The position numbers and the translations under genes were made by a program. A stretch of DNA of 64,000 nucleotides from Candidatus Latescibacterota bacterium. GTDB taxonomy: Bacteria > Latescibacterota > UBA2968 > UBA8231. Under the pieces are notes generated by a model. It had not been told where the DNA came from and searched no databases. It saw only the letters and a program-made list of their open reading frames with translations. Positions 9,029 through 19,042 of this stretch are shown here, piece by piece (the stretch's first letter is position 1; each line of letters begins with the position of its first letter). The stretch covers positions 1,280,001 to 1,344,000 of the forward strand of contig CBDAOB010000004.1 in the NCBI GenBank assembly GCA_965197905.1. The letters are read 5' to 3'.

Positions 9029-10111
9029 TTATCCGGCGGCAAAGTCGCCCAGGCGTACCGGCTTACGACGTGCTCCCCACTGACCGGGTGGACCGTCGAA
9101 ACGCCCGGCACACGGGGTGCCGCAAGACAAGCAGCGTCCGTCCGCGCCAAGTTCCCAGTCGCTGAGCACGTACCAGTCTCGAACCACCAGCCTGGTGCCG
9201 CATTGGTGGCAGACCGTCGCCCCCCCGTCCACATCGTGAACATTGCCGGTATAGACGTAACGCAGCCCGTTGCGCAACGCCATGCCGCGGGCGCGCGTCA
9301 GCGTTTCAGGGGGCGTATGTCGATGCTGCCGCATTTTCCAGTCGGGGTGGAACGCGGTGAAATGAAGAGGGACGTCCGGGCCCAGGTGGTCCATGACCCA
9401 GCCGGAAAGCTCGTCCAGTTCGCCGTCGCTATCGTTTTCGCCCGGTATGATGAGATTGGTGATCTCGAACCAGGTGTCTGTCTCTCGCTTCAAATAGACT
9501 AGTGTGTCCAAAACCGGTTGGAGCGCGCCACCGCAAACCTGTCGGTAAAACCGCTCGGTGAACCCCTTCAGATCCACATTCGCCGCATCCATATGACGGA
9601 AGAATTCCACCCGCGGTTCCGGGCATATCTCGCCGGCCGTAACGGCGACGGTCTTGATGTTATGCGCGCGACAGGCTGCCGCCACATCGACGGCGTATTC
9701 GAGAAAAATGACCGGATCGTTGTAGGTGAAAGCGACACTCCTGCATCCGAGTTTTCGCGCCGCCGTGGCGATCGTTTCAGGATCCGCCGCGTCGGCCAGG
9801 GTATCGACCTCCCGCGATTTACTGATGTCCCAGTTCTGGCAGAATTTGCAGGTGAGGTTACACCCCGCGGTTCCGAACGAGAGAACGGCGGTGCCTGGCA
9901 GGAAATGGTTCAGCGGTTTTTTCTCAATGGGGTCGACGCAGAATCCGCTTGAGCGTCCGTAGGTCGTCAGCACGATCTGCTCCCCTTCGCGAGCGCGCAC
10001 GAAGCAAAGCCCGCGTTGCCCATCCCGCAATCTGCAGAACCGAGGACACAGATCGCACTGGAGCTTGCCGTCTCCAAGATCGTGCCAGTAACGCCCGGGT
10101 ACGATGTCCAT
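9029..10111 (-). CDS. amrS: AmmeMemoRadiSam system radical SAM enzyme
   Basis: CDLCPRFC, DPIEKKPLNHFLPG, GCNLTCKFCQNWDIS (CxxxCxxC); start could be 10162. Confidence 0.93.
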   Translation of the reverse strand: MDIVPGRYWHDLGDGKLQCDLCPRFCRLRDGQRGLCFVRAREGEQIVLTTYGRSSGFCVDPIEKKPLNHFLPGTAVLSFGTAGCNLTCKFCQNWDISKSREVDTLADAADPETIATAARKLGCRSVAFTYNDPVIFLEYAVDVAAACRAHNIKTVAVTAGEICPEPRVEFFRHMDAANVDLKGFTERFYRQVCGGALQPVLDTLVYLKRETDTWFEITNLIIPGENDSDGELDELSGWVMDHLGPDVPLHFTAFHPDWKMRQHRHTPPETLTRARGMALRNGLRYVYTGNVHDVDGGATVCHQCGTRLVVRDWYVLSDWELGADGRCLSCGTPCAGRFDGPPGQWGARRKPVRLGDFAAG

Positions 10112-10238
10112 TGAAGGCCCTGCTTCGTTAAATGCCGGCCCATTCGCCTGCTGCGGCCACATTAACGAACGGAATAAGTAAAATAAGGCTTGACTTATCC
10201 ACTTATTTTCTTTATCTTTATAGTAAGTAAAGGGGGAT

Positions 10239-11012
10239 ATGATGAACCTTATAACCGTCTTTCAGAAGTTTCCCGATCAACAAGCTTGCATCGACCACTT
10301 AGAGCATATCCGCTGGCCGGCGATAGCTCTTTGTCCTTTCTGCTTTAGCGATAAGGTGGCACGAAAGGTCGAGGGGAACAAAGTCGGTCGTTGGAATTGC
10401 CATAAATGCACCAACAGCTTCAACGTGCTGTCGGGAACCATATTTCAAGGTACCCATATCCCCCTGCAGAAGTGGTTTCTCGCTATTGCCCTGATGGCCG
10501 ACGCCAAGAAAAGCCTGTCCAGTCACCAGCTAGGGCGCGATCTGAACCTGAACCAGAAGACCGCCTGGAGGATGCAACAGTGTATCCGCTCCGCCATGAC
10601 CTCGGACGAAGGAAAAATGCTCCAGGGAATTATCGAGATGGACGAGACCTACGTCGGCGGCAAACCGCGCTACAGAAACACCGGCAACAAGCGCGGCCGC
10701 GGAACTAGAAAATCCTCAGTAGTCGGAGCCGTCCAGCGTAAAGGCGAAGTCAAAGCCCAAGTGACCAACGATACCAAGGGCCGCACGCTGTTGGAATTTA
10801 TCAAGCAATCCGTTGACACGGCCAAGTCCGCCCTTGTGACCGACGATTACTCAGCCTACCGCAATGCGGGCCGGTTGATGCCCCACGTTGTGATCGACCA
10901 CCGCTACGGCTATGTTTATCCTTACGACCGGAGTATTCACACAAACACCATCGAAGGCTTCTGGAGCCTGATCAAACGCGCCTGGAAACTCCAGCCGAGC
11001 GTCACGGGTTGA
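10239..11012 (+). CDS. IS1595-family transposase, probably C-terminally truncated
   Basis: Zn ribbon CPFC...CHKC, EMDETYVGG, VTDD, HTNTIEGFW; ends soon after this motif without the usual final helices. Confidence 0.9.
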   Translation: MMNLITVFQKFPDQQACIDHLEHIRWPAIALCPFCFSDKVARKVEGNKVGRWNCHKCTNSFNVLSGTIFQGTHIPLQKWFLAIALMADAKKSLSSHQLGRDLNLNQKTAWRMQQCIRSAMTSDEGKMLQGIIEMDETYVGGKPRYRNTGNKRGRGTRKSSVVGAVQRKGEVKAQVTNDTKGRTLLEFIKQSVDTAKSALVTDDYSAYRNAGRLMPHVVIDHRYGYVYPYDRSIHTNTIEGFWSLIKRAWKLQPSVTG

Positions 11013-11066
11013 ACTTATCCCAAAATCTACAGGGCTACCAGTAGGAAGTCAATCTGCTTCCAGCCT

Positions 11067-11522
11067 TCATGGTCTGTAAGGCTCGAACTCCCACCCCTTG
11101 GCAGCCAGGCGGGTTACGTATTCGTCCTGCACGAAAGTCCCGGTAAGGTCCTGGCCTCCGCTTTCGAGGCCGCTGAGGAAGGCCGCAAGGGTGAACTGGT
11201 ACAGCACCATGCGCTGATACCGGGTCTTGGAGTAAAGCTCCTTCACTGTATATTCTGTAAATAACGCGGTCGTGAACTTTCCGTGTTGTTCCTTCAAGGT
11301 CAGGCCGATGGTATGCTTTAGCATGGACGTAGCCTGGTCCATGTCCTGCATATAGTTTTCCGGGTCTTTTTTGATTGCCAGCAAACTTGCCAAGACAATA
11401 CTCGGGAAACTCACGTTGCGGAGAATCTCCGAATCAAGCTCTTGCCGCGCCGCCTGGCGTTCGGAGAAAGCGACAGATGGAATGAGCAACAACAGGATAA
11501 TAGGAACGAACCGCATGGGCAT
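11067..11522 (-). CDS. Passenger hypothetical protein with predicted signal peptide
   Basis: 151-aa ORF inside the IS; MRFVPIILLLLIPSVAFS N-terminus; GGAG RBS. Confidence 0.6.
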   Translation of the reverse strand: MPMRFVPIILLLLIPSVAFSERQAARQELDSEILRNVSFPSIVLASLLAIKKDPENYMQDMDQATSMLKHTIGLTLKEQHGKFTTALFTEYTVKELYSKTRYQRMVLYQFTLAAFLSGLESGGQDLTGTFVQDEYVTRLAAKGWEFEPYRP

Positions 11523-11765
11523 TTCCTCCCCAGCTGGGTAATCCCGCCACCGAAATTGGTGGTCGGGCGGTTGTCCCCAGCTACGCGGTATAGCGCACGG
11601 TCCCGCTTATTTACCTGGAAGGCTGTTGTATTGAGCGAGCCACCCGGCCAGAAAGGCCGCAGTAGCTGAGGACGCAGGGAAGATACCCAATATCAGAAGC
11701 AAATCAAGCCTTATTTTACTTGTTCCGTTAACGAATATAGGGATACGGCCTGGCAAACAAGGAGG

Positions 11766-12560
11766 ATGGTCTTGGCGAGGACGAGAAGAGCGGCGGTAGC
11801 CGGCATGTTTTACCCCGCGGACCCCGAGGAGCTCCGCAGCGCCGTGCAGGAATATGTCGGCGGGGCCGAGGAGACGGCGCCCACCTTGAAGGCAGTCATC
11901 GCCCCACACGCCGGGTACATCTATTCGGGACCCATTGCCGGCGCCGCCTTCGCTCAGATCCCGCCGTACCGAGAAGCAAGACGCCGCGTGCCGATCCTGT
12001 GTCTGGGCCACCGCCTGGCGTTTGCCGGACTTGCCGCCCCCGCCGCGGACCGCTTCGAGACCCCGTTGGGCGAGGTGGCAGTGGACTCGGCTCTGCTCGA
12101 CCGCATCGCCGATCTTCCCCAGGTCCAGATCATCGACGAAGCACACACCCTCGAGCATGGGATAGAAGTGCAGCTGCCTTTTCTACAATACCTGCTTCCC
12201 TCCTTCTCGATCGCTCCGCTCCTGGTGGGATCGGCGGAACCTGAGGAGGTGTGCGAGGTCCTCGATGCCCTCTGGGGTGGAGACGAAACCTTGATCGTGA
12301 TCAGCTCGGACCTGAGCCATTACCACGACTACCCTACCGCCCAACGTTTCGATAGGGAAACCACCAGCTCCATCGAAGAATTGCGGGACGCAGATATACG
12401 CCCGGAGCAGGCCTGCGGCCACCTTGCAATCCGGGGTATGCTCCAGTCAGCGCGCAAACACGGACTGACAGCACGCAACCTCGATCTGCGAAACTCCGGC
12501 GATACCGCCGGCCCCAAAGATCGCGTGGTGGGATACGGCGCCTACGCGTTCACCAGCTAG
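11766..12560 (+). CDS. amrB: AmmeMemoRadiSam system protein B (MEMO1 family)
   Basis: AVAGMFYP, APHAGYIYSG, EHGIEVQLPFLQ, ISSDLSHY, NSGD, VVGY. Confidence 0.93.
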   Translation: MVLARTRRAAVAGMFYPADPEELRSAVQEYVGGAEETAPTLKAVIAPHAGYIYSGPIAGAAFAQIPPYREARRRVPILCLGHRLAFAGLAAPAADRFETPLGEVAVDSALLDRIADLPQVQIIDEAHTLEHGIEVQLPFLQYLLPSFSIAPLLVGSAEPEEVCEVLDALWGGDETLIVISSDLSHYHDYPTAQRFDRETTSSIEELRDADIRPEQACGHLAIRGMLQSARKHGLTARNLDLRNSGDTAGPKDRVVGYGAYAFTS

Positions 12561-12567
12561 TACGCGA

Positions 12568-15500
12568 ATGACCAAACGGAAACTGCTTACCGTTTGTGTC
12601 GCCGGCTTGGTGCTCGGAGTGCTTCTCGTCATTTCCCCAGCGGCACCTTTCCTCGGGGGGAAACTGCTTGCGCCTCTCGCAGCGCAACAGGGCTGGCAGC
12701 TGCGGATCGACACGGTCGGCGGTTCCCTGTTGCACCAGATCGAGCTTCTCGGTGTCGAGCTGGCCGACTCGACTGGATCGACTCGCATACGAATACGAAA
12801 GCTGAAGTACCACCCGTGGTCCGATTCGATAATCGTCGTCGAGCCGCACATCGAGTTGCGCCCGGCGCCCGACGCGCCGGCGGCGGATACCCTGTTCGTG
12901 CTGCCAACCCTTCCCGCCGTGGCCATCCGTAGAGGATCTCTCACCTACCGCGGCGAGGACAGCCTCTCCATCGCCGTCGATTCGATGAAGGCAGCTTACG
13001 CCACCAGGAGCGATTCCACGGGGTTCATAACCCTTTTCCACGGCCGCTATCGCATCGACGCGCCCCGGAAGGTGGCGACTGGCTCGGCATCGGGACAGCT
13101 CCATCTCCGTCCCGGATGGATCGAAGGGTCAGGGCTCCAGATCGCGTTTCGCACCGGCGAAATCGATGGATCCCTGGAACTTGAAGGAACTATCGCGTTG
13201 TTCGGTGAGAGGGAGGCCGATCTTCATGCCGACCTGCGTCTTGCAACGGCCGGAATCAACTGGGAGACCGCATCGGACGTCGGCGGGCGGCTGCGTCCCA
13301 TGGACTTGAAGATGATCTCACGCACCGCCGCAGACCTGGGGAAGTGGGGATCCTCCAGATTTTCCTGGAACCTGGCTGCAAATGATGGGAATGTCTGGGT
13401 CGACTCCCTGAAGGGACACGTTCGGGAAGCGACGATCTCCGGCGGCGCCCACTACGACGTTGGGACCAGGACCCTCGAAACCGAGCTTCACCTGCGCGGC
13501 TTGAAGCTAAGCGAACTTCCAGGCAGCTCGCTCGCGGGCGAGCTGGCCGCCACCGCCACCGCCCACCTTCAACTGAGGGACGAGAACTATCGGGTGGAAT
13601 CCATGGTGTCGGCGCGAGACCTGGACCTGGGCCCGTTGGGAAAAACCGATGCCGTCATCGAGGGACGTTACGACCATGGGCAGGGGATCGATCTGAAGCT
13701 GCGATCCGATCTGGCGCAGCTCACGGCAACTGGCCCCTTTCACTCCCTCGAACACTTTCAGCTGGATCTTGCCGGTCTGCTGCCGCTCGAACCTCTGCTG
13801 GGTCGAGGGTCCCAGCCTTTCACCCTTCGGGGTGTGGCCCACCCCGACTCGATCCAGGTCGACTTGACCAGCGGCGATCTGCGGGTTGCAGGGCAGAGAT
13901 TCGGACCGCTTCAATTGCATCTTGCGATGAAGCAGGACCGTCAGCTGTTCGGCAGGCTCCGGCTCGAAGACGGCCAAGCCAACCTGCAGTTCCACGCCGA
14001 CCTGAACCGAACGCGGCTCGAATCGATGACGGGCCGTTTGCATCCCATGCCGCTGCATCGAATGGTGCCGGGCTTGGCCGGAACGGTACGGGGAACCGTG
14101 GGCAGCCGAGTCGATACGCTGCCGACAGCCAGGGGGATTGCAGCGCGATTTCACCTTCAGGATCTGGTGTATGAAAACTGGCACGTCGGCGCCGTCGACC
14201 TGGAGGCGGAATTCCTCGAAGACCAGCTGCAGATCCGGGCAACGGGAGAGCACCTGAAATCGAGGATGCAGCTGGATATGGAGGGCGGATTTCGGGGCCG
14301 CATGGATGCGGATGGGGTGCTGATAAGGAGGTTCAGTCGAGGCAAGAAGCCAACCCTCCGGGGCGACCTTGCGATGCGAGGAACGCTCGAGATTGCCGGT
14401 CGGCTGGGACAGGCTGAAGACTTCGCCGTCGATCTGTCGGTGAACCAACTCGAATTCAGCCTCGACTCGTTTCACGCCGCCAGCCTGGAACCGTTCGCTG
14501 CCAACGTTGCCGCCGGAGCCGGCGAGATCGAAGAGATGCGGGTCCGCACCTCATTGGGTGAGGCATGGATGGGGGGATACGTCCACCGCGACAGTTTGCG
14601 CCTGACCGCTCGAATCACCGCCCTCGACCTCGGTGGGCTCATCATAGGAGCAAGCTCGACCGGAAGCGCGGCGTTGACGTTGAACGGTTCGATGGAACAA
14701 CCCCAGCTCATGGGCACCTTGGCCGTAACGGATCTGCATTTGGCCAACCGCACCTTTGGTGACATCGAGGCGGAGCTGAGCTGGGGAGACCGCCTGCGAG
14801 CAGATGCCGAGCTGCATCAATACGGCTCGCGTGCCGCCCATCTGGCGGTGGATAGTGATCTGGGGTTGGCGACCTACGCCAGGCAGCTCTCGGATCGACC
14901 CACGAAGGCCCCTACCGCGCACATGCTCCGGCTTCAGCTGGGGGTGGACGACCTGGATCTGGAGGCACCGCTGAGCCAGCTCTTGGATCAGCCGACACGG
15001 GGAGTTACCGACTTCGGGCTCGATCTTTCGATGCCGTTTTCGCGGCACAGCTCAGGCACCCTTTGGCAGAGAGTAAACGGTGAGCTGGCCATCGAACGTC
15101 TCGGTGTGGGAACACAGAAAGCCCGTGTGGAACTGGTGCGGCCGGTAACTTTGGCCGCCAGATCGGGGGCGTGGAAGGTGGACGATCTCGCCTTCCAGTT
15201 TGCCGTTTCCCGCGGTGACAGTAACAGTTATGCCGATGCCGGCCGGGCGCGCTTATCAGGCGAAATAGGTGCTGACGGCGTGTTGGATCTGACAGCTGAC
15301 GTGGAAGGTTTGGATCTGGACGTGTTGGAGGGATCCGGCGCTCCCAGTCTTCCCGAAGGCGCCGCCACAGCTCGCATCCAGGTTGCCGACAGCCTCGCGG
15401 CGCTTCTCGTCGAGGGCACAGTGGACGTCGCGTTGGAGGATCTGGGCGAGGTTACTGGCTCCGTGCTGAGCCGTCGGGGCCACTCCGAAGCCCAGTTGAT

Positions 15501-16917
15501 CTGGAGCACCCCCGTAGGTGACGAGCTGGCCGCAGACGTGCAGATCCCGTGGCCGCCCGACCCCGAGATACCACGCCCGCATGAGGGCAGGTTGCGTTTG
15601 AATTCGGACGGAGTCGACCTCTTCGTATTCCTCGACCAGGCCCCCCAGCTGGAGAATCTGGAGGGCACCCTTGTCATCGATCTCCTCGTGGACGACCTGT
15701 TGAGGAAACCCCGCTTCGCCGGCGCGATCGATCTGTCAGATCTGGAATTCGCGCTAATGGATGTGAGTCCGGCTTACCGGATACCGGCTGGCCATCTTCA
15801 ATTTTCGGACCGCCGCTGGGAGCTGAGCGGGTTTTCGGGAGGACCGACCAAGGGACCGGGCCGGCTCGCACTCGCCGGCAGTATGGGCTTGGGGAAGAAG
15901 GACGAGCTGGATCTCGAGCTGCGCCTCACCACCGCCGATCTCCCCTACAATTACGACGATGTGTTCGAGGTGCCCGCCGTCGATATGGACCTGCGGTTCG
16001 ACAAGACCGGACCCACCTCGCGGCTCTCGGGATATCTGCGACTCGATGAAATCCTGGTGGAGCCGACCCTGATCGATCTCTCGGCGCCGCCAGTGCCTCC
16101 GCCGACGGCGGTGCCGGATGAATCCCTGGTCGAACTGGAGCTGGATATCAGCGTGGACGTTCGCTCGATGCATGTGGAGAACGAGCTCTCCGACCTGGAT
16201 ATGGTGGGCGGCGCCCGGGTGTACGGAAGTTTCTACAAACCGCGGTTTCAGGGCCAGATGGAGGTGGAGCGCGGAAAGGTCTTCCTGCTCAACCGGCAGT
16301 TCGATATTCAGAAAGGGCGCATCACCCTGGATCACCTGGTGCCCACCCATTCCCTGCTCGAGCTGGCCTACGACCCGATGCTGTTGAATCCCGATCTGCA
16401 GGTAGAGGCCAGCACCTCGGTGCAACCGATAGACGCCGAAGAAGCGGAAGAAACCTACGAAGTGCGGCTGACCTTGAGCGGGCCGGCGCGGGTCGTGGCG
16501 CCCCGGTTCGAATGCGGTGGTCTCACCGATGGGCAGATCCTTACCCTCTTGGCGTTCGGCTACCGCTCGGTGAACCAGCTGACCGAAGACGACTACCAGG
16601 GCGCCAAGAGCGCGCTCTACACGGCGGCGGGACAGCTCCTGTTGAGTCGCCAGGTGAAGAAGATCGGCTTCGACGAGTTTCAGATCCTGCCGTCTGGAAC
16701 CGCGCTCGGCACGGTGGGTAAGACTTCGGTACGCCTGGGAAAGTACCTGGGGAAACCGGTACCGCTCTGGTTGCGCTACGAGGCTTCCACCGAAGAACCC
16801 TCATTGGGCGAGATTCGCCTCGAACACAAGCTGGGCTCCTTCCTGACCTTGACCGGGACCGCCCAGAGCGAGTACGAACGGTACGGTCTGGGTATCGGCA
16901 TCAAGAAAGCGTTTTGA
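12568..16917 (+). CDS. tamB: Translocation and assembly module TamB-like protein
   Basis: 1449 aa, N-terminal membrane anchor, beta-rich, DUF490-like C-terminus (VRLGKYLG...LRYE); adjacent to a TamA/BamA gene. Confidence 0.8.
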   Translation: MTKRKLLTVCVAGLVLGVLLVISPAAPFLGGKLLAPLAAQQGWQLRIDTVGGSLLHQIELLGVELADSTGSTRIRIRKLKYHPWSDSIIVVEPHIELRPAPDAPAADTLFVLPTLPAVAIRRGSLTYRGEDSLSIAVDSMKAAYATRSDSTGFITLFHGRYRIDAPRKVATGSASGQLHLRPGWIEGSGLQIAFRTGEIDGSLELEGTIALFGEREADLHADLRLATAGINWETASDVGGRLRPMDLKMISRTAADLGKWGSSRFSWNLAANDGNVWVDSLKGHVREATISGGAHYDVGTRTLETELHLRGLKLSELPGSSLAGELAATATAHLQLRDENYRVESMVSARDLDLGPLGKTDAVIEGRYDHGQGIDLKLRSDLAQLTATGPFHSLEHFQLDLAGLLPLEPLLGRGSQPFTLRGVAHPDSIQVDLTSGDLRVAGQRFGPLQLHLAMKQDRQLFGRLRLEDGQANLQFHADLNRTRLESMTGRLHPMPLHRMVPGLAGTVRGTVGSRVDTLPTARGIAARFHLQDLVYENWHVGAVDLEAEFLEDQLQIRATGEHLKSRMQLDMEGGFRGRMDADGVLIRRFSRGKKPTLRGDLAMRGTLEIAGRLGQAEDFAVDLSVNQLEFSLDSFHAASLEPFAANVAAGAGEIEEMRVRTSLGEAWMGGYVHRDSLRLTARITALDLGGLIIGASSTGSAALTLNGSMEQPQLMGTLAVTDLHLANRTFGDIEAELSWGDRLRADAELHQYGSRAAHLAVDSDLGLATYARQLSDRPTKAPTAHMLRLQLGVDDLDLEAPLSQLLDQPTRGVTDFGLDLSMPFSRHSSGTLWQRVNGELAIERLGVGTQKARVELVRPVTLAARSGAWKVDDLAFQFAVSRGDSNSYADAGRARLSGEIGADGVLDLTADVEGLDLDVLEGSGAPSLPEGAATARIQVADSLAALLVEGTVDVALEDLGEVTGSVLSRRGHSEAQLIWSTPVGDELAADVQIPWPPDPEIPRPHEGRLRLNSDGVDLFVFLDQAPQLENLEGTLVIDLLVDDLLRKPRFAGAIDLSDLEFALMDVSPAYRIPAGHLQFSDRRWELSGFSGGPTKGPGRLALAGSMGLGKKDELDLELRLTTADLPYNYDDVFEVPAVDMDLRFDKTGPTSRLSGYLRLDEILVEPTLIDLSAPPVPPPTAVPDESLVELELDISVDVRSMHVENELSDLDMVGGARVYGSFYKPRFQGQMEVERGKVFLLNRQFDIQKGRITLDHLVPTHSLLELAYDPMLLNPDLQVEASTSVQPIDAEEAEETYEVRLTLSGPARVVAPRFECGGLTDGQILTLLAFGYRSVNQLTEDDYQGAKSALYTAAGQLLLSRQVKKIGFDEFQILPSGTALGTVGKTSVRLGKYLGKPVPLWLRYEASTEEPSLGEIRLEHKLGSFLTLTGTAQSEYERYGLGIGIKKAF

Positions 16918-19004
16918 TGCGCCGTCTGGTCGCGGCGCACCGCCGGCGTGCGATTCTCCTGGTTGCGGTCCTTTCCACGGCGATACTGTTGTGTCTCCCG
17001 GACCAGGGAACGACCCAACTGCAGTCGGTAACCTTGCGCGAGGCGGACGGGGAACAGGTAGGCGCGATTCGGTTCTATCACCTCAAACACAAACCGATTG
17101 TGAACGCCGAACTGCGCGCGGCGATGCGCACCCAGATTGGGGAACCGCTGCAGCGACGGTTTTTCCGCAACGATGTGGAGACCCTGGAAAACCTCTACCG
17201 CAGCAAGGGTTTTATGGACGTCTCCATCCGCGATCGGCGATTGACCATCGACGATAAGGGCAGGGTGCACATCGCCATCGACATACACAGCGGGAGAAAG
17301 TGGAAGGTGGCGGCAGTGGAATTGGTCGTCCGCGACTCGGTCTCGGTGCCGAAGCTGCCAAAGAAGAGGAAGCTGCAACCGGGCAAGACCTTTAGATATG
17401 GGCGGATGCTGCAGGATGAGCGCAAGCTGCAGAGCGCCCTAAATCGACAAGGGTATGCCCATGCTCAGGTAAAAGCCCAGTTGCAGTTGGATTCCAGGAA
17501 ACGCCAGGCCACGGTGCGCTATCACGTCGATCCCGGACGGCGTTACTATTTCGGCTCGGTAGCGGTCAAAGGGATGAAAGGCAACCAGGAGCGTCCGCTC
17601 AAAACGCTCCCCAGCCTCGTAAACCGCTCGCTCACTTTTCGCGAAGGCGACCTTTACAATCCCGCCGAATTAAGCTTGAGTCGCAGCAATCTCGCACGGA
17701 CCGACCTCTTCCGCTCCGTGATTGTGAATACCAAAACAGGTGCCGAAAAGGACAGCCTGCAACATGTGGAGATCGTGCTGGAGGAGCTGAAGTACCTGCA
17801 TCTGGGCGGCCAGTTTACGATGGAGAACAAAGATGCACGGGTCGCGGCCAATATTCAGCACCGCAACTGGCTGGGACGCGGCGGCCGCATCGGACTCGAT
17901 GGCAGCCTCGGTCAACCGAAGCAGGGGGCGACCGCGTACATCTCGGAGCGTCACGTTCTCGGCAGTAGCGCCGATCTTACCCTATCCTCCGGGATTGCGG
18001 AAGAATGGGGACGAACGCAGGTGGGCGTTTCGGAAGACGAAGAGCAGCGAACGATGCTGGAAGCAGCCGATCCGTTGCTGCGGCGTCTTTTGGCGGACGG
18101 TGAATCGGTTGCAGCCGGGCTTTATCTACGCGAGTCGTTCTACCAGTTTCGGTCGATCGAGCGAATCTGGAATGCGAGCGCCATTTTACAGAGGAGCTGG
18201 GCCCGCGCCGAGGGGTTGACCCATTTGTTGCGCCTGTCGTTGCGCTGGACGTTGTCGCGCACCCAGCCCACCGGCAACAGTATCGATTTCAAAACCGCCA
18301 GGCGCGGTGCGGGGGCCGCCGGCGACGCTTTGGGAAACCCGAGTCTGGCGGACCAGTTGGCCACGGATGGAATCCCGGTAGACCGAGCCTGGAAGAATGA
18401 GCTTACCGATGAGTCCCGCACTATCGACCTGAATCTCATCTTGGAACGCGACTCTCGCGACAATCAGATCGCTCCCAGTGAGGGAACCTACCTCAAGGTG
18501 GGCGGGTTGGCGGCGCTCCAGGTGGGCGGGTTGGCGGCGCTCCAGGTTGGCGGTCAGGCCACTCAGGTCCTGGATGGTGTCCTCGAATTCAGGTACTACC
18601 AACCGGTCGGATCTCACCTGGTCTTCGCGCAGGGGTTCACGGTGGTGCAAGCGGCCTCGCTGCGGGCGGACCGTACCCTGCCCCGAACCTATTGGAAGGA
18701 ATCTGGCGGCGAAGGAAGTGTTCGTGGCGTGCCGCGGCAGAGCATTCAGGCGGTGGGCGGAGGTCGCACCGGATTCAATCTGCGCAGCGAGCTTCGATTC
18801 GAGTGGCGCAACCTCGGCGTCGTGAGTTTCTGGGACCGTGCGGATGTGTGGCGTCACACCAGCCAGGCTCAGTGGACGGGCATGACCGACGGATACGGCC
18901 TTGGCCTGCGCTACGCCATCGGATTCCCACTGCGCTTCGACCTCGGCACCGATGATGGCTTCAAGAGCAAAAGGTATTACTTTTCTATCGGGCAGGCGTT
19001 TTGA
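16914..19004 (+). CDS. TamA/BamA (Omp85) family outer-membrane protein with POTRA domains
   Basis: POTRA-like repeats, GGEGSVRG loop motif, C-terminal YFSIGQAF. Confidence 0.88.
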   Translation: MMRRLVAAHRRRAILLVAVLSTAILLCLPDQGTTQLQSVTLREADGEQVGAIRFYHLKHKPIVNAELRAAMRTQIGEPLQRRFFRNDVETLENLYRSKGFMDVSIRDRRLTIDDKGRVHIAIDIHSGRKWKVAAVELVVRDSVSVPKLPKKRKLQPGKTFRYGRMLQDERKLQSALNRQGYAHAQVKAQLQLDSRKRQATVRYHVDPGRRYYFGSVAVKGMKGNQERPLKTLPSLVNRSLTFREGDLYNPAELSLSRSNLARTDLFRSVIVNTKTGAEKDSLQHVEIVLEELKYLHLGGQFTMENKDARVAANIQHRNWLGRGGRIGLDGSLGQPKQGATAYISERHVLGSSADLTLSSGIAEEWGRTQVGVSEDEEQRTMLEAADPLLRRLLADGESVAAGLYLRESFYQFRSIERIWNASAILQRSWARAEGLTHLLRLSLRWTLSRTQPTGNSIDFKTARRGAGAAGDALGNPSLADQLATDGIPVDRAWKNELTDESRTIDLNLILERDSRDNQIAPSEGTYLKVGGLAALQVGGLAALQVGGQATQVLDGVLEFRYYQPVGSHLVFAQGFTVVQAASLRADRTLPRTYWKESGGEGSVRGVPRQSIQAVGGGRTGFNLRSELRFEWRNLGVVSFWDRADVWRHTSQAQWTGMTDGYGLGLRYAIGFPLRFDLGTDDGFKSKRYYFSIGQAF
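18496..18547 (+). repeat. Perfect 24-bp in-frame tandem duplication
   Basis: AGGTGGGCGGGTTGGCGGCGCTCC twice, encoding VGGLAALQ twice. Confidence 0.9.
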
Positions 19005-19042
19005 GCCGGTCCGGCACGGCATTGAGTAGCGGAGGAACAACC

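Larger units (their letters stand above)
10170..11727 (+). mobile_element. IS1595-family insertion sequence (1558 bp) with a passenger gene
   Basis: 24-bp terminal inverted repeats CGGAA(T/C)AAGTAAAATAAGGCTTGA (1 mismatch); 8-bp target duplication TTAACGAA at 10162-10169 and 11728-11735. Confidence 0.92.
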
